From assembly GCA_045863335.1 (NCBI GenBank), contig BTVY01000012.1, positions 73,008-137,007 on the forward strand: a stretch of DNA of 64,000 nucleotides, written 5' to 3'. The DNA is from Candidatus Hydrogenedentota bacterium. GTDB lineage: Bacteria; Hydrogenedentota; Hydrogenedentia; Hydrogenedentales; SLHB01. Every line of letters begins with the position of its first letter. Positions within the stretch are counted from its first letter, which is position 1. The position numbers and the translations under genes are program-made. Below the pieces are notes generated by a model. The model had not been told where the DNA came from, made no database searches, and worked only from the letters and a program-made list of their open reading frames with translations. Below, in pieces: positions 19,870 through 29,650 of this stretch.

Positions 19870-21801
19870 ATGACCGTGATCCGGCACATCGTACCATTCC
19901 TGTCAATCGCCGCCTGCGCGTTTGTCGCCCATGCTGACCTTCGGGTCACCGCCGTCGAGACGCCCGAAGGATGGACCGCGGTCGTACACGACGGAGAGCA
20001 GATCGTGTTTGATTCGGCGGAGAGCGCGACGCATCTCACCGCCACGATCGCGACGGAGGACGGTCCGGTTACCCGCGCAGTTTCGTTCGCCACGTACTCC
20101 GAGCAGGACCACACGTTCTCCGACGGCGTAGTGCCCGATCTCAGCATCAAAGAAAGCTACCGTTTTCTCGCGCCGGGGCTCATCGAGCGCACCGTTACCG
20201 TGCAGGCACATGCCGACATGCGCTATTTCCTGGATTTCGGCTGGCGCGTGAACGTAAACGGCGACTTCCATTCCTTCACGGGAAAAGAGGAAGTGTCTGC
20301 CTCGTACAGTCCCGGGTGCTCCGGGCCCGAGTTCGGCGGCGGCTCCTTGCAGACCTTTCCCTTCCTCGGATGCCTTTTAGGAGACACGCTGTACGGCATC
20401 ATCGGCGATACGCCGGGTCATTGGGAGAATCGTTCGTTCATGGCCTTTGACCTCGAAAGGCGCGCGTTCTCTCTGGCAAACGGGGACGGATCGGCGAGCC
20501 GCGTGATTTCCATTCCTCGAGAATTGGATGCCACGACGGTCTACCGGGCCGAATTCGACGGCTGGCAGCACATTGAGGCCGGCGAGGTGCAGTCCTTTAC
20601 CACCTGGATTCTTGCGTCGCCCGCCCAGTCGCACTACGACGTGCAACTGGCGGCCCATCTCGCACTCGCAAATGCGAAGGGATTCAACGCATCAGGTCTG
20701 GAAGCCATCCTTCGGAACACCTCGTATTTGCTCCTGCGCCGGAATTTGCTGCGGCCGGAAAGCGATTACATCTTCATATCCGGCGTGGGCTACGGGTGGA
20801 AACAGTGGGTCACCGACGGGTTCTACATGAGCCGGGGTCTCAACGATCCCATGTACGACACGGCGGCCCAGGCGGCGGTCTTTTACGACCGCATCAGTTA
20901 CGAAGACAACGCGCAGTATTACCTCATCTGGTCGGCGCTGGCGAAACGGGCGGGCGGCGATATCGACATGCGCACCGTCGAACGCGCGTATCACTTCATG
21001 CGGAACCATGAAGTCGACGGCCTTTTCTATCCGCCCCGCCTCAAACCCGATATCGACTGGATGAAAACCTACCATGACATGCTGCCTTACGACGACGATG
21101 ACGCGCCCTCTTCCAACCAGGGATTCCATTGCGGCGCGCTCATGGCGGCCCGGGAACTGGGCTTCCCCGTTACGGACGAAGACATCGAGAAAGCGAAGGC
21201 CGGATACCGCCGCATGTTCAACGCCGAAGGCGGCTACATGGCCACGAGCCTCAAGCAGCAGGACCACATCGGCCAGGATTCGCTGTACGGCGAAGTGCTC
21301 ACGTACGCGGTGTTCGGCGAGAAACTGTTGCCGGACGACATCGTGAAGAAGCACATCGAGACGACGATGCGGATTCAGACGCCCTACGGCATGCGCGTGA
21401 TTTCCGAGGCAAATGGAGACTTACTGCCCGACCACACGGGGGTCTACGTCTACGGTGGGTCCTGGTTCCTCAACGATGCTTGCGTCTACCTCGACGGTCT
21501 CATTCACGGTATGGACCCGGACTGGATCGACGAAAAGCTGCTCTGGCGGCTCGAACGCGAGCTCGACGTCATGCCCGCGTTTCACGAATCCATCAGTACG
21601 GTCGATGGCCATCCCCACGGCCATCACCTCTATTCCTGGAACTCGGGATTCTGGTGGCTGCGCCACGAAGTGCGTAAACACCTCGGTATGGAAGGAGCCG
21701 ATCCACTGTCCGCCGCGCTGGACGAGAAACTCGGAATCGAGGCCGTGGATGGTATGCTGATGCTCGATCCGGCAATGTCGGGAAAGCGGCCGAATTGGTA
21801 G
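19870..21801 (+). CDS. secreted hypothetical protein, possible (alpha/alpha)6-barrel glycoside hydrolase-like
   Basis: Signal peptide, beta-rich N half and helical C half with WVTDGF, YGMRV, YVYGGSWFLND and FHE motifs reminiscent of six-hairpin glycosidases. Confidence 0.55.
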   Translation: MTVIRHIVPFLSIAACAFVAHADLRVTAVETPEGWTAVVHDGEQIVFDSAESATHLTATIATEDGPVTRAVSFATYSEQDHTFSDGVVPDLSIKESYRFLAPGLIERTVTVQAHADMRYFLDFGWRVNVNGDFHSFTGKEEVSASYSPGCSGPEFGGGSLQTFPFLGCLLGDTLYGIIGDTPGHWENRSFMAFDLERRAFSLANGDGSASRVISIPRELDATTVYRAEFDGWQHIEAGEVQSFTTWILASPAQSHYDVQLAAHLALANAKGFNASGLEAILRNTSYLLLRRNLLRPESDYIFISGVGYGWKQWVTDGFYMSRGLNDPMYDTAAQAAVFYDRISYEDNAQYYLIWSALAKRAGGDIDMRTVERAYHFMRNHEVDGLFYPPRLKPDIDWMKTYHDMLPYDDDDAPSSNQGFHCGALMAARELGFPVTDEDIEKAKAGYRRMFNAEGGYMATSLKQQDHIGQDSLYGEVLTYAVFGEKLLPDDIVKKHIETTMRIQTPYGMRVISEANGDLLPDHTGVYVYGGSWFLNDACVYLDGLIHGMDPDWIDEKLLWRLERELDVMPAFHESISTVDGHPHGHHLYSWNSGFWWLRHEVRKHLGMEGADPLSAALDEKLGIEAVDGMLMLDPAMSGKRPNW

Positions 21802-21828
21802 TTTCGGGTAAATCCCTTTTGGAGACAA

Positions 21829-22611
21829 ATGGTCATGACGTACAACCATCGAATACCGCTCCTCCTTGTTCTGGTCTCCTTCAGTCTCGTGGCATCCATC
21901 GCGTCAGTGTCGGAAGACGCGCCCGAATACGTCGTGAAGCCGACGAGCACCGCACCCGAACTGGCCGGCCGCTGGGACAGTCCCGTGTGGGAGCAGGCGA
22001 ATACGCTCGAAGTGACGCACTTCTTCCCCGCGGAACAGCACCCCGGCGTGAGCGATCACAAGCCTGAAACGAAGGCGCGGGTACTTTATGACGACAAGGG
22101 GCTTTATATTCATTTTCTCGTCCACGACCAGTACGTGCGCTGCATCGAAACGGAGTACCACGGAAAGGTATGGGAAGACGCGGCCGTCGAGTTCTTCGTA
22201 CAACCCAAGGCAGACCGCGGCTACTTCAATTTCGAGATCAACTGCGGCGGAACGATGCTGCTGTCGTACCACGAGAACCCCGACTACACCGGGCCCTCGC
22301 TGCGGGAAGGCGGAAGCGTGCCCTGGGAACTCGCGAAGGAAGTGACCATTTATCATTCCATGCCGGAAACCGTCGAACCGGAAATCACGGAACCGGTGAC
22401 GTGGCACATCGAGTTCCTCATTTCGTTCGCGCTCTTCGAGGAATACCTCGGACCCTTGGGCGAGTTGCCCGGCCAGGAATGGCGCGCCAACTTCTACAAG
22501 ATCGCCACCAACAATTCCCACAACCACTACGGCGCCTGGTCGCCAATCCTCGAAGGCGCGAGTTTTCATGCGCCGCAGTTTTTCGGCGTATTGAAGTTCG
22601 GGGAAGAGTAG
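21829..22611 (+). CDS. carbohydrate-binding family 9-like (DOMON-like) protein
   Basis: ARVLYDDKGLY, VWEDAAVEFF, YFNFEIN, WRANFYK and FHAPQFFG motifs. Confidence 0.85.
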   Translation: MVMTYNHRIPLLLVLVSFSLVASIASVSEDAPEYVVKPTSTAPELAGRWDSPVWEQANTLEVTHFFPAEQHPGVSDHKPETKARVLYDDKGLYIHFLVHDQYVRCIETEYHGKVWEDAAVEFFVQPKADRGYFNFEINCGGTMLLSYHENPDYTGPSLREGGSVPWELAKEVTIYHSMPETVEPEITEPVTWHIEFLISFALFEEYLGPLGELPGQEWRANFYKIATNNSHNHYGAWSPILEGASFHAPQFFGVLKFGEE

Positions 22612-22661
22612 AAACAAGCAGGTCCGCAGATGAGCAATTCTTTCGTCGCACCTCCGGGCGT

Positions 22662-23135
22662 TTACGACGCTTCGTCACCCACGTTCCGCACCATATTGAA
22701 ACGGCGGAAGAGGACGCCGTCGTAGTCGACTTCGTCCATACGATCCACGGTGAAGCCGTGACGTTCGAACACGGCTTTGGAGAGGAAACTCGCCTCCGTG
22801 TGGAACCGCCGGATGCCGCGCTTCTCGGCCTGGTTCATCACGTGCCGCAGCAGTTGCGAGGCGTACCCCATGCGATTGAATTCGGGGTGCACATAGAGGG
22901 ACGCAATATGCCCGTCGCCGTCGAAACCGCAAAACGCGACGGGGATATCTTCGACAGTCACCGCATACGTTTCCGGGCCGAAGACGAACTGCCGGAACTT
23001 CTCTGTTTGGGCGGGAAAAGCTGACCACGCCTCGACCTGCTCGGGAGAGTAGATGGCCGTGGCGGTCCGGCGGACCGCCTCGGTGTAGATCTCAACGAGA
23101 CGAGGATAATCGCTCTCCCGCACCCGGCGAATCAT
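22662..23135 (-). CDS. GNAT family N-acetyltransferase (YafP-like)
   Basis: YSPEQVEAW, LYVHPEFNRMGYAS and EASFLSKAVFERHGF motifs. Confidence 0.9.
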   Translation of the reverse strand: MIRRVRESDYPRLVEIYTEAVRRTATAIYSPEQVEAWSAFPAQTEKFRQFVFGPETYAVTVEDIPVAFCGFDGDGHIASLYVHPEFNRMGYASQLLRHVMNQAEKRGIRRFHTEASFLSKAVFERHGFTVDRMDEVDYDGVLFRRFNMVRNVGDEAS

Positions 23136-23169
23136 GACAAGTCAATTCCGCAGATTGGGCAGTCGCACG

Positions 23170-24462
23170 TTACTCGATCATGGCGATGGGTTGCGTCCAC
23201 GCCGTTTCGAAATCGCCCTCGCGGAAGGGGTTCTTCTTCAGCTTGGACGACACGATCTTGGCGCGCACGTACAGCTCCGCGCCCGTAAACCGGTATACCG
23301 CCGGAGACTTGTCGGTTTCCAACAGTACTTCGCCCACTTCATCGCTGTAGACGTGCGTCGCGCGGATGATGTTGCCGTCTTCGTCCTTCACGGGTTCGCC
23401 GTGCAAGTCCGCTCCTTTGCGGGTGCCAATGAACTGCGTCGTATAGGTCACGCCCGGTTCCGGCAGGATCTCGATGGTGAACTGGCCGTTCTCCACGCGG
23501 ATGCTGCTGAGTGTGACACCGGAGGTTGAGTAAGAATGACCCTGCTTCAACGCGCCGATCAGCGACTCCGCCGTCAGGTCTTCTGCCAACACCATGATCC
23601 AGCCGCGCCCGGGGATCGACTGGCCCGGCCCTTCGTAGAACCAACTGTGCGCGTCGTCTGTGGCGACCGCATACATGGGTTTCGGCGTATCGCCTTCGTT
23701 GAGACGGAGGGAAAGGATGATATCCCACAACCGGTCCGTCGCGGGGATATGTTTCTCGGGATCGCCCCAGTTTCGCACGCCGCCGTGGCCGTTGTAGACC
23801 TCGAAGAAGCGTTCGCCGCCCACGGCGACAATCTCCTCGGCGGTGACGGTGGAGTCCCAGTTCGGGTGATTGATGTGGACAAGAATAGGCACGCCGTGTT
23901 CGTGCGCATGCGCATCGATAAGATCCAGGTTCTTCTGCAAGGTGCCCGTGACACTGTCGTCATTGATGGGTGTGATGACGCCGCGCGTGTTGACGGCATT
24001 GATGTGAACCGCCTTCTTCGCGGTGACCTCTTCGCCGGGAATGACGAGGAACTCGCCCGGCTCCTCGAAACGCTCCTGCAGTTCGGACAAGGTCTTCAGG
24101 CGCATCATGAGCGTTCCATCGCGTTCTTCCACAACAACCCAATCCTCACCGAACTCCTCGCGCAACGCATCGACCTTTTCCATCGGGAGCCGTTTCTTCT
24201 CGTCGTCGATGGGCATCCATTTTTCGCCCACCTGAAGGATGTTATGGTCACTGACGCAGATGAAGTCGTAGCCGTGATTCAAATAGAAATTTACGGCGAC
24301 CTCCGGCGCGGCGTCACCGTCGCTCCAAAGCGTGTGGAAGTGGGTGACGCCCTTGAACCACTGTTTGCCGTTGCCCTCCTGCAGGGTTACGTCGCCGAAG
24401 GCAAACGGAGCAATCGTGAAAATGGCGCATAGAAGCGGCCAGGCAAAGTCATGTCGTCGCAT
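23170..24462 (-). CDS. secreted PHP-domain metallophosphoesterase (CehA/McbA-like)
   Basis: WFKGVTHFHTLWSDG, SDHN, GEE, INHPN, EVYNG and ATDDAH metal-ligand motifs. RBS GGAG before 24462. Confidence 0.82.
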   Translation of the reverse strand: MRRHDFAWPLLCAIFTIAPFAFGDVTLQEGNGKQWFKGVTHFHTLWSDGDAAPEVAVNFYLNHGYDFICVSDHNILQVGEKWMPIDDEKKRLPMEKVDALREEFGEDWVVVEERDGTLMMRLKTLSELQERFEEPGEFLVIPGEEVTAKKAVHINAVNTRGVITPINDDSVTGTLQKNLDLIDAHAHEHGVPILVHINHPNWDSTVTAEEIVAVGGERFFEVYNGHGGVRNWGDPEKHIPATDRLWDIILSLRLNEGDTPKPMYAVATDDAHSWFYEGPGQSIPGRGWIMVLAEDLTAESLIGALKQGHSYSTSGVTLSSIRVENGQFTIEILPEPGVTYTTQFIGTRKGADLHGEPVKDEDGNIIRATHVYSDEVGEVLLETDKSPAVYRFTGAELYVRAKIVSSKLKKNPFREGDFETAWTQPIAMIE

Positions 24463-24570
24463 CGGTGAATCTCCCGGTTTCTTGCGGCTGCGCGCGGACG
24501 CCATAGGCGTCGCATTTGTTTCGTGATAGTAAGCGCCTCTTACCCGAGTTGCAAGAACGCTGGCTCAGGA

Positions 24571-26268
24571 TTACCAGGGCCCCGCACCCTGATGGTCAAC
24601 GCTTATCGGATGAGATAGTTCGCCGTACAGCGTGTCGATATAGGCCAGCTTCCGCTCCGGCGACTTGCCGTCTCCAATGGGAAAGACGCAGAAGGCGCTC
24701 TTTTCGCCGTAGTAGGTGTCGGCGTTCAAGATCACTGGATGATCCGGCACGTAGTCGCCCCAGGGATACACAAGCGACCGGCTCCAGTAACGGAAGTTCC
24801 ACCCGTAGTCCGCGATGATCGTCGCCGTGGACGCGATCGCCGGCGGCCATGCGCCGCGCGTGCCGGCGTGCTGTTTCAAGCGAATGCTGGCCAGGCCGAT
24901 GCCGTTCTCCTCGCGCGTGAGACATACGTAGGGCGCCTCGGCTGCCACGATGTTCACGATACCGGGGGTCAACCCTTCCCCCTGCACCATGGGCCGGTAG
25001 TCGATCTCGCCGTTCTGCCGCCGCCATCCCGCGTGATCCACTTCGGTGGACGGCATGAACACGACCTCCTCGTTGCGGAGCGCGTTCACGACGAGATCTT
25101 CGCGGATGTCGATGGTCGATTCCACCAGCACGTAGGGCGTCTTCGCGAAGAAGTGGTAGGTGACATTCACATCCACTTCCGTGGCTTCCGGCAAATGCCC
25201 CCAGCGCCGCCACGCGACCGCCACCGGACCCTGCTGCATCACGCGCTTGGGCGGCGGGTTCCAACCCTTCGTATGCGTCCACGGCCGATTCTTCACCCAC
25301 ACGTCGGGATTGTAGTGCAGCGTGTAGCCCGGCTTCTCCGGAAAGCCGAAGGTTCGTTTCTCGCCAACGCCGAACTGTTTCGATCGGAAACCGTTGATGC
25401 TCTGATTCTGCGGGTCGAGTTGGACCTCGTAAAATTCATTCTCGATCCACGTTGCCCCGTCGTCCCGCTGGCTCACCTTGAGATCGGATTCGTAAGACGG
25501 CGCTTCGGCCTCGTCATTGCCATACGCGACGATGTAGTACGACTTGCCGTTCGCCGGCACGTCGACCAGGATCGCCGCCTGGCAGGTCGTATACGTAGAC
25601 TCCTGCTTCGGCGTATCGAAACGCCGCTTCTCGTAGAACACCTGGCTCGGAATCTCGCGCGTTGCGCCCGTCTTCAGATCGTACGCCGCGACGCGCAATT
25701 CCTTGGTCCACGACTGCACGCGCTCGGCCTCATCGGAAATGAACATCATGTACGGAGCCTGCTTCCGTTCGATGCCGAAATCGTCGCGCAACACGAGCAC
25801 GCGATGTTCTGCCCATCCGGCAAAGGGGAATCCCTGCCCGGTGGGCGCAGTTTCCTCGATCTCGACCTTAACGACCTCTTCCGTGTCCAGCCGCTTCCCT
25901 TCGAGCGCGATCGTGACGGTCTCCCCCGCCACCCATGGACACCGCACGTTGAACGCCGCCTCCTTGCCCGCGGGCACGGTCCCGTTCGCGGGCCGATCCA
26001 CGCGCCCGTCCGGTTCCCACTGCGTTAACTGGCCGTCCACATAGGCAACGAATACTTCCGTGTTCCCGCCGGCCACAGCGGCATCGATCTTGTACTCAAA
26101 TTCGACGGGCGCAAGCTCCACGCGCGCATGATAGAACCGGGTCTCGTCGGTGGGCGGGTGAAACCGGATAGCAGTAGCCACCGGGTTTTGCGCCGCCGCT
26201 TGAAGGGCAATGAACGAAAGTAGAACGCCACATAACGCCAGGGTAGGCAGGCATCGCAGGTTGTTCAT
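24571..26268 (-). CDS. secreted hypothetical protein (beta-sandwich / galactose-mutarotase-like C-terminal domain)
   Basis: 565-aa ORF with a signal peptide and host-like codon usage. IENEFYEVQLD and GPVAV patterns resemble supersandwich domains. Confidence 0.6.
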   Translation of the reverse strand: MNNLRCLPTLALCGVLLSFIALQAAAQNPVATAIRFHPPTDETRFYHARVELAPVEFEYKIDAAVAGGNTEVFVAYVDGQLTQWEPDGRVDRPANGTVPAGKEAAFNVRCPWVAGETVTIALEGKRLDTEEVVKVEIEETAPTGQGFPFAGWAEHRVLVLRDDFGIERKQAPYMMFISDEAERVQSWTKELRVAAYDLKTGATREIPSQVFYEKRRFDTPKQESTYTTCQAAILVDVPANGKSYYIVAYGNDEAEAPSYESDLKVSQRDDGATWIENEFYEVQLDPQNQSINGFRSKQFGVGEKRTFGFPEKPGYTLHYNPDVWVKNRPWTHTKGWNPPPKRVMQQGPVAVAWRRWGHLPEATEVDVNVTYHFFAKTPYVLVESTIDIREDLVVNALRNEEVVFMPSTEVDHAGWRRQNGEIDYRPMVQGEGLTPGIVNIVAAEAPYVCLTREENGIGLASIRLKQHAGTRGAWPPAIASTATIIADYGWNFRYWSRSLVYPWGDYVPDHPVILNADTYYGEKSAFCVFPIGDGKSPERKLAYIDTLYGELSHPISVDHQGAGPW

Positions 26269-26499
26269 AGTTTACCTCGCAACTCGGGTCGATTGCATGG
26301 GCTCCGGAATTGGTATCGTAACACGCCGAACCGAAATTCACGAGTGACGAATCCCAATCCGCCAATAAATTGCGGAGTCATTGCGATGGCCCGCGCGTCG
26401 CCTCGTGGATTGGCATACGGCTTGCCGATGGGTACACTGTCCAAAACGGGCCAGTCGTCAGTGCCTCGGCACAACTCAATTCTTGGAGGAAATCGATCC

Positions 26500-27483
26500 A
26501 TGCATTCGACGTTTACAGTACTCAGCCTTGTCGCGGCGGGCCTTATGTTCGCGGCTACGACCTACGCACAACCGACGGAGCCCACCTATGGCGAACGCCT
26601 TGGATGGGGGCCGGACCAACGGATTCTGATCTTCCATAACGACGACGCGGGCATGTCCCATGAGAGCAACCTGGGCACCATCGAGGGGTTCGAGAAGGGT
26701 CTTCTCACCTCGTGCAGCACGATGATGCCTTGTTCCTGGGTGCCGGAATGGGCGGACTATTTGAAGGAACACCCGGAGATCGACAACGGTCTGCACCTGA
26801 CATTGACGTCGGAGTGGAATCACTACCGATGGGGACCAGTCGCGGGCCGTGACGCGGTGCCGGGACTGGTCGATGCGCAAGGCTACATGCACCGCGGCGT
26901 GGTGGAGACGATATCCAATGCCAGCGCCGATGAAGTCGAAAAGGAAATCCGCGCCCAGATCGCGTTGGCGGAAAAGCTGGGCATGCCCATTACCCATCTC
27001 GATTCCCACATGGGTACCTTGTTCTACTCGCCGGAGTTCTTTGAGCGCTACGTGAAAATCGGCGTCGAGAAACAGATTCCCATCATGATCATGGACCCGA
27101 AGAACCTGGAAGGAGCGAACCGGGGCGCGGCAGAAGCGGCCAACCTGGCGCAGGCCGTTCAACTCGCGTGGGACGGCGGACTGCCGGTGCTCGACCATCT
27201 TATGACGTCCACCGCGGACACGAGCGATCCCAACGAGATGATCGATGCGCTAATTCAGAATCTGCGCAATCTCAAACCCGGCATCACGCAGATTATTCTG
27301 CACGGTACCCGCCCCGGCCAGAACTTCGGTGCCATTTCCAGTTCCGGCGGCAAGCGCGAGGCCGAACTCGAAATGGTTCTCAGCGATCGGGTCAAGCAGG
27401 TCATTGAGGAGGAAGGCATCGTTCTAACTACGTACAAGGAACTGATGGCCCGCCGGCAGCGGGTCGCGGCCGGAACGAACTAA
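26500..27483 (+). CDS. YdjC/ChbG/HpnK family carbohydrate deacetylase
   Basis: IFHNDDAGM, GLHLTLTSEW and THLDSHMG motifs; signal peptide; RBS GGAGGA before 26500. Confidence 0.88.
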   Translation: MHSTFTVLSLVAAGLMFAATTYAQPTEPTYGERLGWGPDQRILIFHNDDAGMSHESNLGTIEGFEKGLLTSCSTMMPCSWVPEWADYLKEHPEIDNGLHLTLTSEWNHYRWGPVAGRDAVPGLVDAQGYMHRGVVETISNASADEVEKEIRAQIALAEKLGMPITHLDSHMGTLFYSPEFFERYVKIGVEKQIPIMIMDPKNLEGANRGAAEAANLAQAVQLAWDGGLPVLDHLMTSTADTSDPNEMIDALIQNLRNLKPGITQIILHGTRPGQNFGAISSSGGKREAELEMVLSDRVKQVIEEEGIVLTTYKELMARRQRVAAGTN

Positions 27484-27525
27484 CTGGACCGCTCGGGGAA
27501 ACGTCAACAACGGGGAAGGGTTGCC

Positions 27526-28416
27526 ATGAATCGACGGACATTCTTGAAAACCAGCGCGATCCTGGCGGCCGCAGGGACGGGGACTACGTCTCGTGCGTCC
27601 GCCCAAACCACCGCTACGGGCCCTGGTGGACTCACCAGCATTTCGTACAACGTTCTCGCGTGCCGAGGCTACCCGGAGACGGACGATAACCGGGAACGCC
27701 TCGTCCGCGCGCGGGAGGCCATGACCACGCGATTCGCCCTGGAATTGGGCCTGTACCTGCCGGACATCGTGACCTTCCAGGAATCACCCGACGAGGCCAC
27801 CGTGGCCGCCATCGCCGAAGCGATGAACATGCATTACGCGTATTTTCCCGGCGGCTGGCCCGGTAACGACGACTGGCCCGGCGGATTTCCTGGGACCATC
27901 ATGTCGCGTTTTCCCATCGTGGAGAAGGAGAATTGCCCGCTCGCGGAGGGGGCTCGTCCAGACGATTTGTTTACCCGCCACTGGTGCAACGCCATCCTGG
28001 AGACCGGCCAGGGCCGGCTCCCGGTCTTCAGCGCGCATCTGCACCCCAGCGATGCCGCCGTTCGGGAACGGGAGGTGACGGAAATCCTGAAGGTCTTGCG
28101 GCCTCATCTCGACGGGGGCGCGGCGTTTCTCTTCCAGGGCGATCTGAACCACGCGCCCGACGGACCCGAATATGCGCGGTGGGTTGAGGCAGGGTTGTCA
28201 GACACGTTCGCCGCGAAAGGCAGCGGAGTGGATGTCTCCGTTCCCAGCACCGAACCACAAAAGCGCATCGATTTTATCTGGGCCCATGGGGCTTTGGCGG
28301 ACAGGCTCGAAGAGGCGCGCATTCTGTTCGAGGGACAGTTCCGGACCAATCCCGAGGACCCGAAATCGTTCGCCCTCAGCGATCACATTCCAGTACTGGC
28401 GCGATTTGGCATTTAG
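27526..28416 (+). CDS. Tat-exported endonuclease/exonuclease/phosphatase family protein
   Basis: MNRRTFLK Tat motif; SYNV, FQE, GDLN, RIDFI and SDHIPV motifs. Confidence 0.9.
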   Translation: MNRRTFLKTSAILAAAGTGTTSRASAQTTATGPGGLTSISYNVLACRGYPETDDNRERLVRAREAMTTRFALELGLYLPDIVTFQESPDEATVAAIAEAMNMHYAYFPGGWPGNDDWPGGFPGTIMSRFPIVEKENCPLAEGARPDDLFTRHWCNAILETGQGRLPVFSAHLHPSDAAVREREVTEILKVLRPHLDGGAAFLFQGDLNHAPDGPEYARWVEAGLSDTFAAKGSGVDVSVPSTEPQKRIDFIWAHGALADRLEEARILFEGQFRTNPEDPKSFALSDHIPVLARFGI

Positions 28417-28601
28417 TCCGCCGTAAGATAGGCCGTCACGTAGCGATCCGCGCGACGCGGACCCTGCGCTCTTCGCGAACACGCGTTGCAACGGCGCACA
28501 ACCTTGATTTCCGAGAGGACATCGGCCGGTTGATGATCCCGTGAATGGCCGTCGAACGGTGTGAAATGAATGACGCGGCGGGAGTTGGCCGGACGCAATG
28601 G

Positions 28602-28637
28602 AAAAGCCCCAGCGGATGGCTCGCAATCCACTGGGGC
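28602..28637 (-). terminator. intrinsic terminator downstream of tRNA-Met
   Basis: Minus strand GCCCCAGTGGAT-N8-ATCCGCTGGGGC followed by TTTT. Confidence 0.7.
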
Positions 28638-28650
28638 GATTTGTTTTACA

Positions 28651-28727
28651 TGGTGCCGGTGCACGGATTCGAACCGCGGACACGTGGATTATGATTCCAC
28701 TGCTCTAACCAGCTGAGCTACACCGGC
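28651..28727 (-). tRNA. tRNA-Met (CAT), probably elongator
   Basis: Cloverleaf with a GCCGGTG/CACCGGC acceptor stem, GTGGA-ATCATAA-TCCAC anticodon arm, GGTTCGAATCC T-arm and encoded CCA. G1-C72 is paired and there is no GGG/CCC anticodon stem, so it is not the initiator. Confidence 0.93.
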
Positions 28728-28838
28728 ATCGGGAAACGAAGGCGTAGCGTAGCATAGGAACGTCGCCTAATTCCACTTTCATGCGCAGGTCGCGGCGGCG
28801 GGGAACGCCGTTTTTGGGGACAGAGCCGCAGGTGCTTC

Positions 28839-28945
28839 TTATGGACGGTATGGACGATATGGACTGGAAATCTGGCGCCTTGACGTAGGCGCAGGCCCCT
28901 TTCGGTGTCCGTCAGTCCATCCCATATCGTCCATCCCGTCCATAA
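28839..28945. repeat. inverted repeat built from 9-bp ATGGAC-type tandem units
   Basis: TTATGGACGGTATGGACGATATGG (28839-28862) pairs 23/24 with 28922-28945. Inner hairpin GCGCCT-N6-AGGCGC. Confidence 0.8.
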
Positions 28946-29006
28946 AGCCAAGCCCTTCCGGCCGTCTGGTATACTCCAGTGGAAGGTATTTTGCGAGGTT
29001 CTTCCC

Positions 29007-29384
29007 ATGATCGTTCATCGCTGCGACGGGTGCGGCAAGGAAATGCGCAAGGGCGATCTGCGTTACACGGTCAAGATCGATGTGCGGGCCGCCTACGACA
29101 AGATGGAGATCAGCCTGGCCGACTTGGTCCGCGATCATCGTGCCGAGATCCTGGCGCTTATCGAGCGAATGGAGAAGAAAGATCCAAAGGACCTCGAGGA
29201 ATCGGTCTACAAGGCATTCAGCCTGGACCTGTGTCCGCTGTGTCAGCGGGCCTACATTCGCGATCCGTTGCGGTTTCATCCCGAGATGGGTGAAACGGAT
29301 ATGGAAATCGACATCGATGGTTTTCTTCGCTCGCTGGGAGTGAACCGCAAAGCGGGTGACGACGAAGACGAATTGCCCGAGTGA
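29007..29384 (+). CDS. hypothetical Zn-ribbon protein (CxxC...CxxC)
   Basis: CDGC near the N terminus and DLCPLC later. GAGG RBS before the ATG at 29007. Confidence 0.78.
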   Translation: MIVHRCDGCGKEMRKGDLRYTVKIDVRAAYDKMEISLADLVRDHRAEILALIERMEKKDPKDLEESVYKAFSLDLCPLCQRAYIRDPLRFHPEMGETDMEIDIDGFLRSLGVNRKAGDDEDELPE

Positions 29385-29393
29385 GGCCTTGGC

Positions 29394-29537
29394 TCACGGT
29401 TGGGTCTTCTTGGTTTCGGCGTCTTTCTTGGAGTCCGGCGCGTCCCCCGTTTCCCGTGTATCGTCACGGAGTGCGATAATCGCCCACAGCACGAGCGTAA
29501 CCACCATCAACGCCATGAAGAGGTAATACGACCACAT
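29394..29537 (-). CDS. small single-pass membrane protein (47 aa)
   Basis: MWSYYLFMALMVVTLVLWAIIAL plus a charged tail; AAGGGGAG RBS upstream. Confidence 0.55.
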   Translation of the reverse strand: MWSYYLFMALMVVTLVLWAIIALRDDTRETGDAPDSKKDAETKKTQP

Positions 29538-29650
29538 GCACGATTGCTCCCCTTGCCTTGTTCCAGCGCGAAACCAGCGATGCGAGTTGGCATGATACCA
29601 CCCGGCGTCGCGCAATCGCCAAATCGCGAGCAGTGCTGTAAAACGAGATC

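Noticed and set aside
28651-28727. tRNA-Ile2 (TilS substrate), suggested by tilS 10 kb away
   Set aside because: The GGA-ATCATAA-TCC arm and acceptor stem resemble elongator tRNA-Met, and proximity is not evidence. tRNAscan-SE isotype models would decide.
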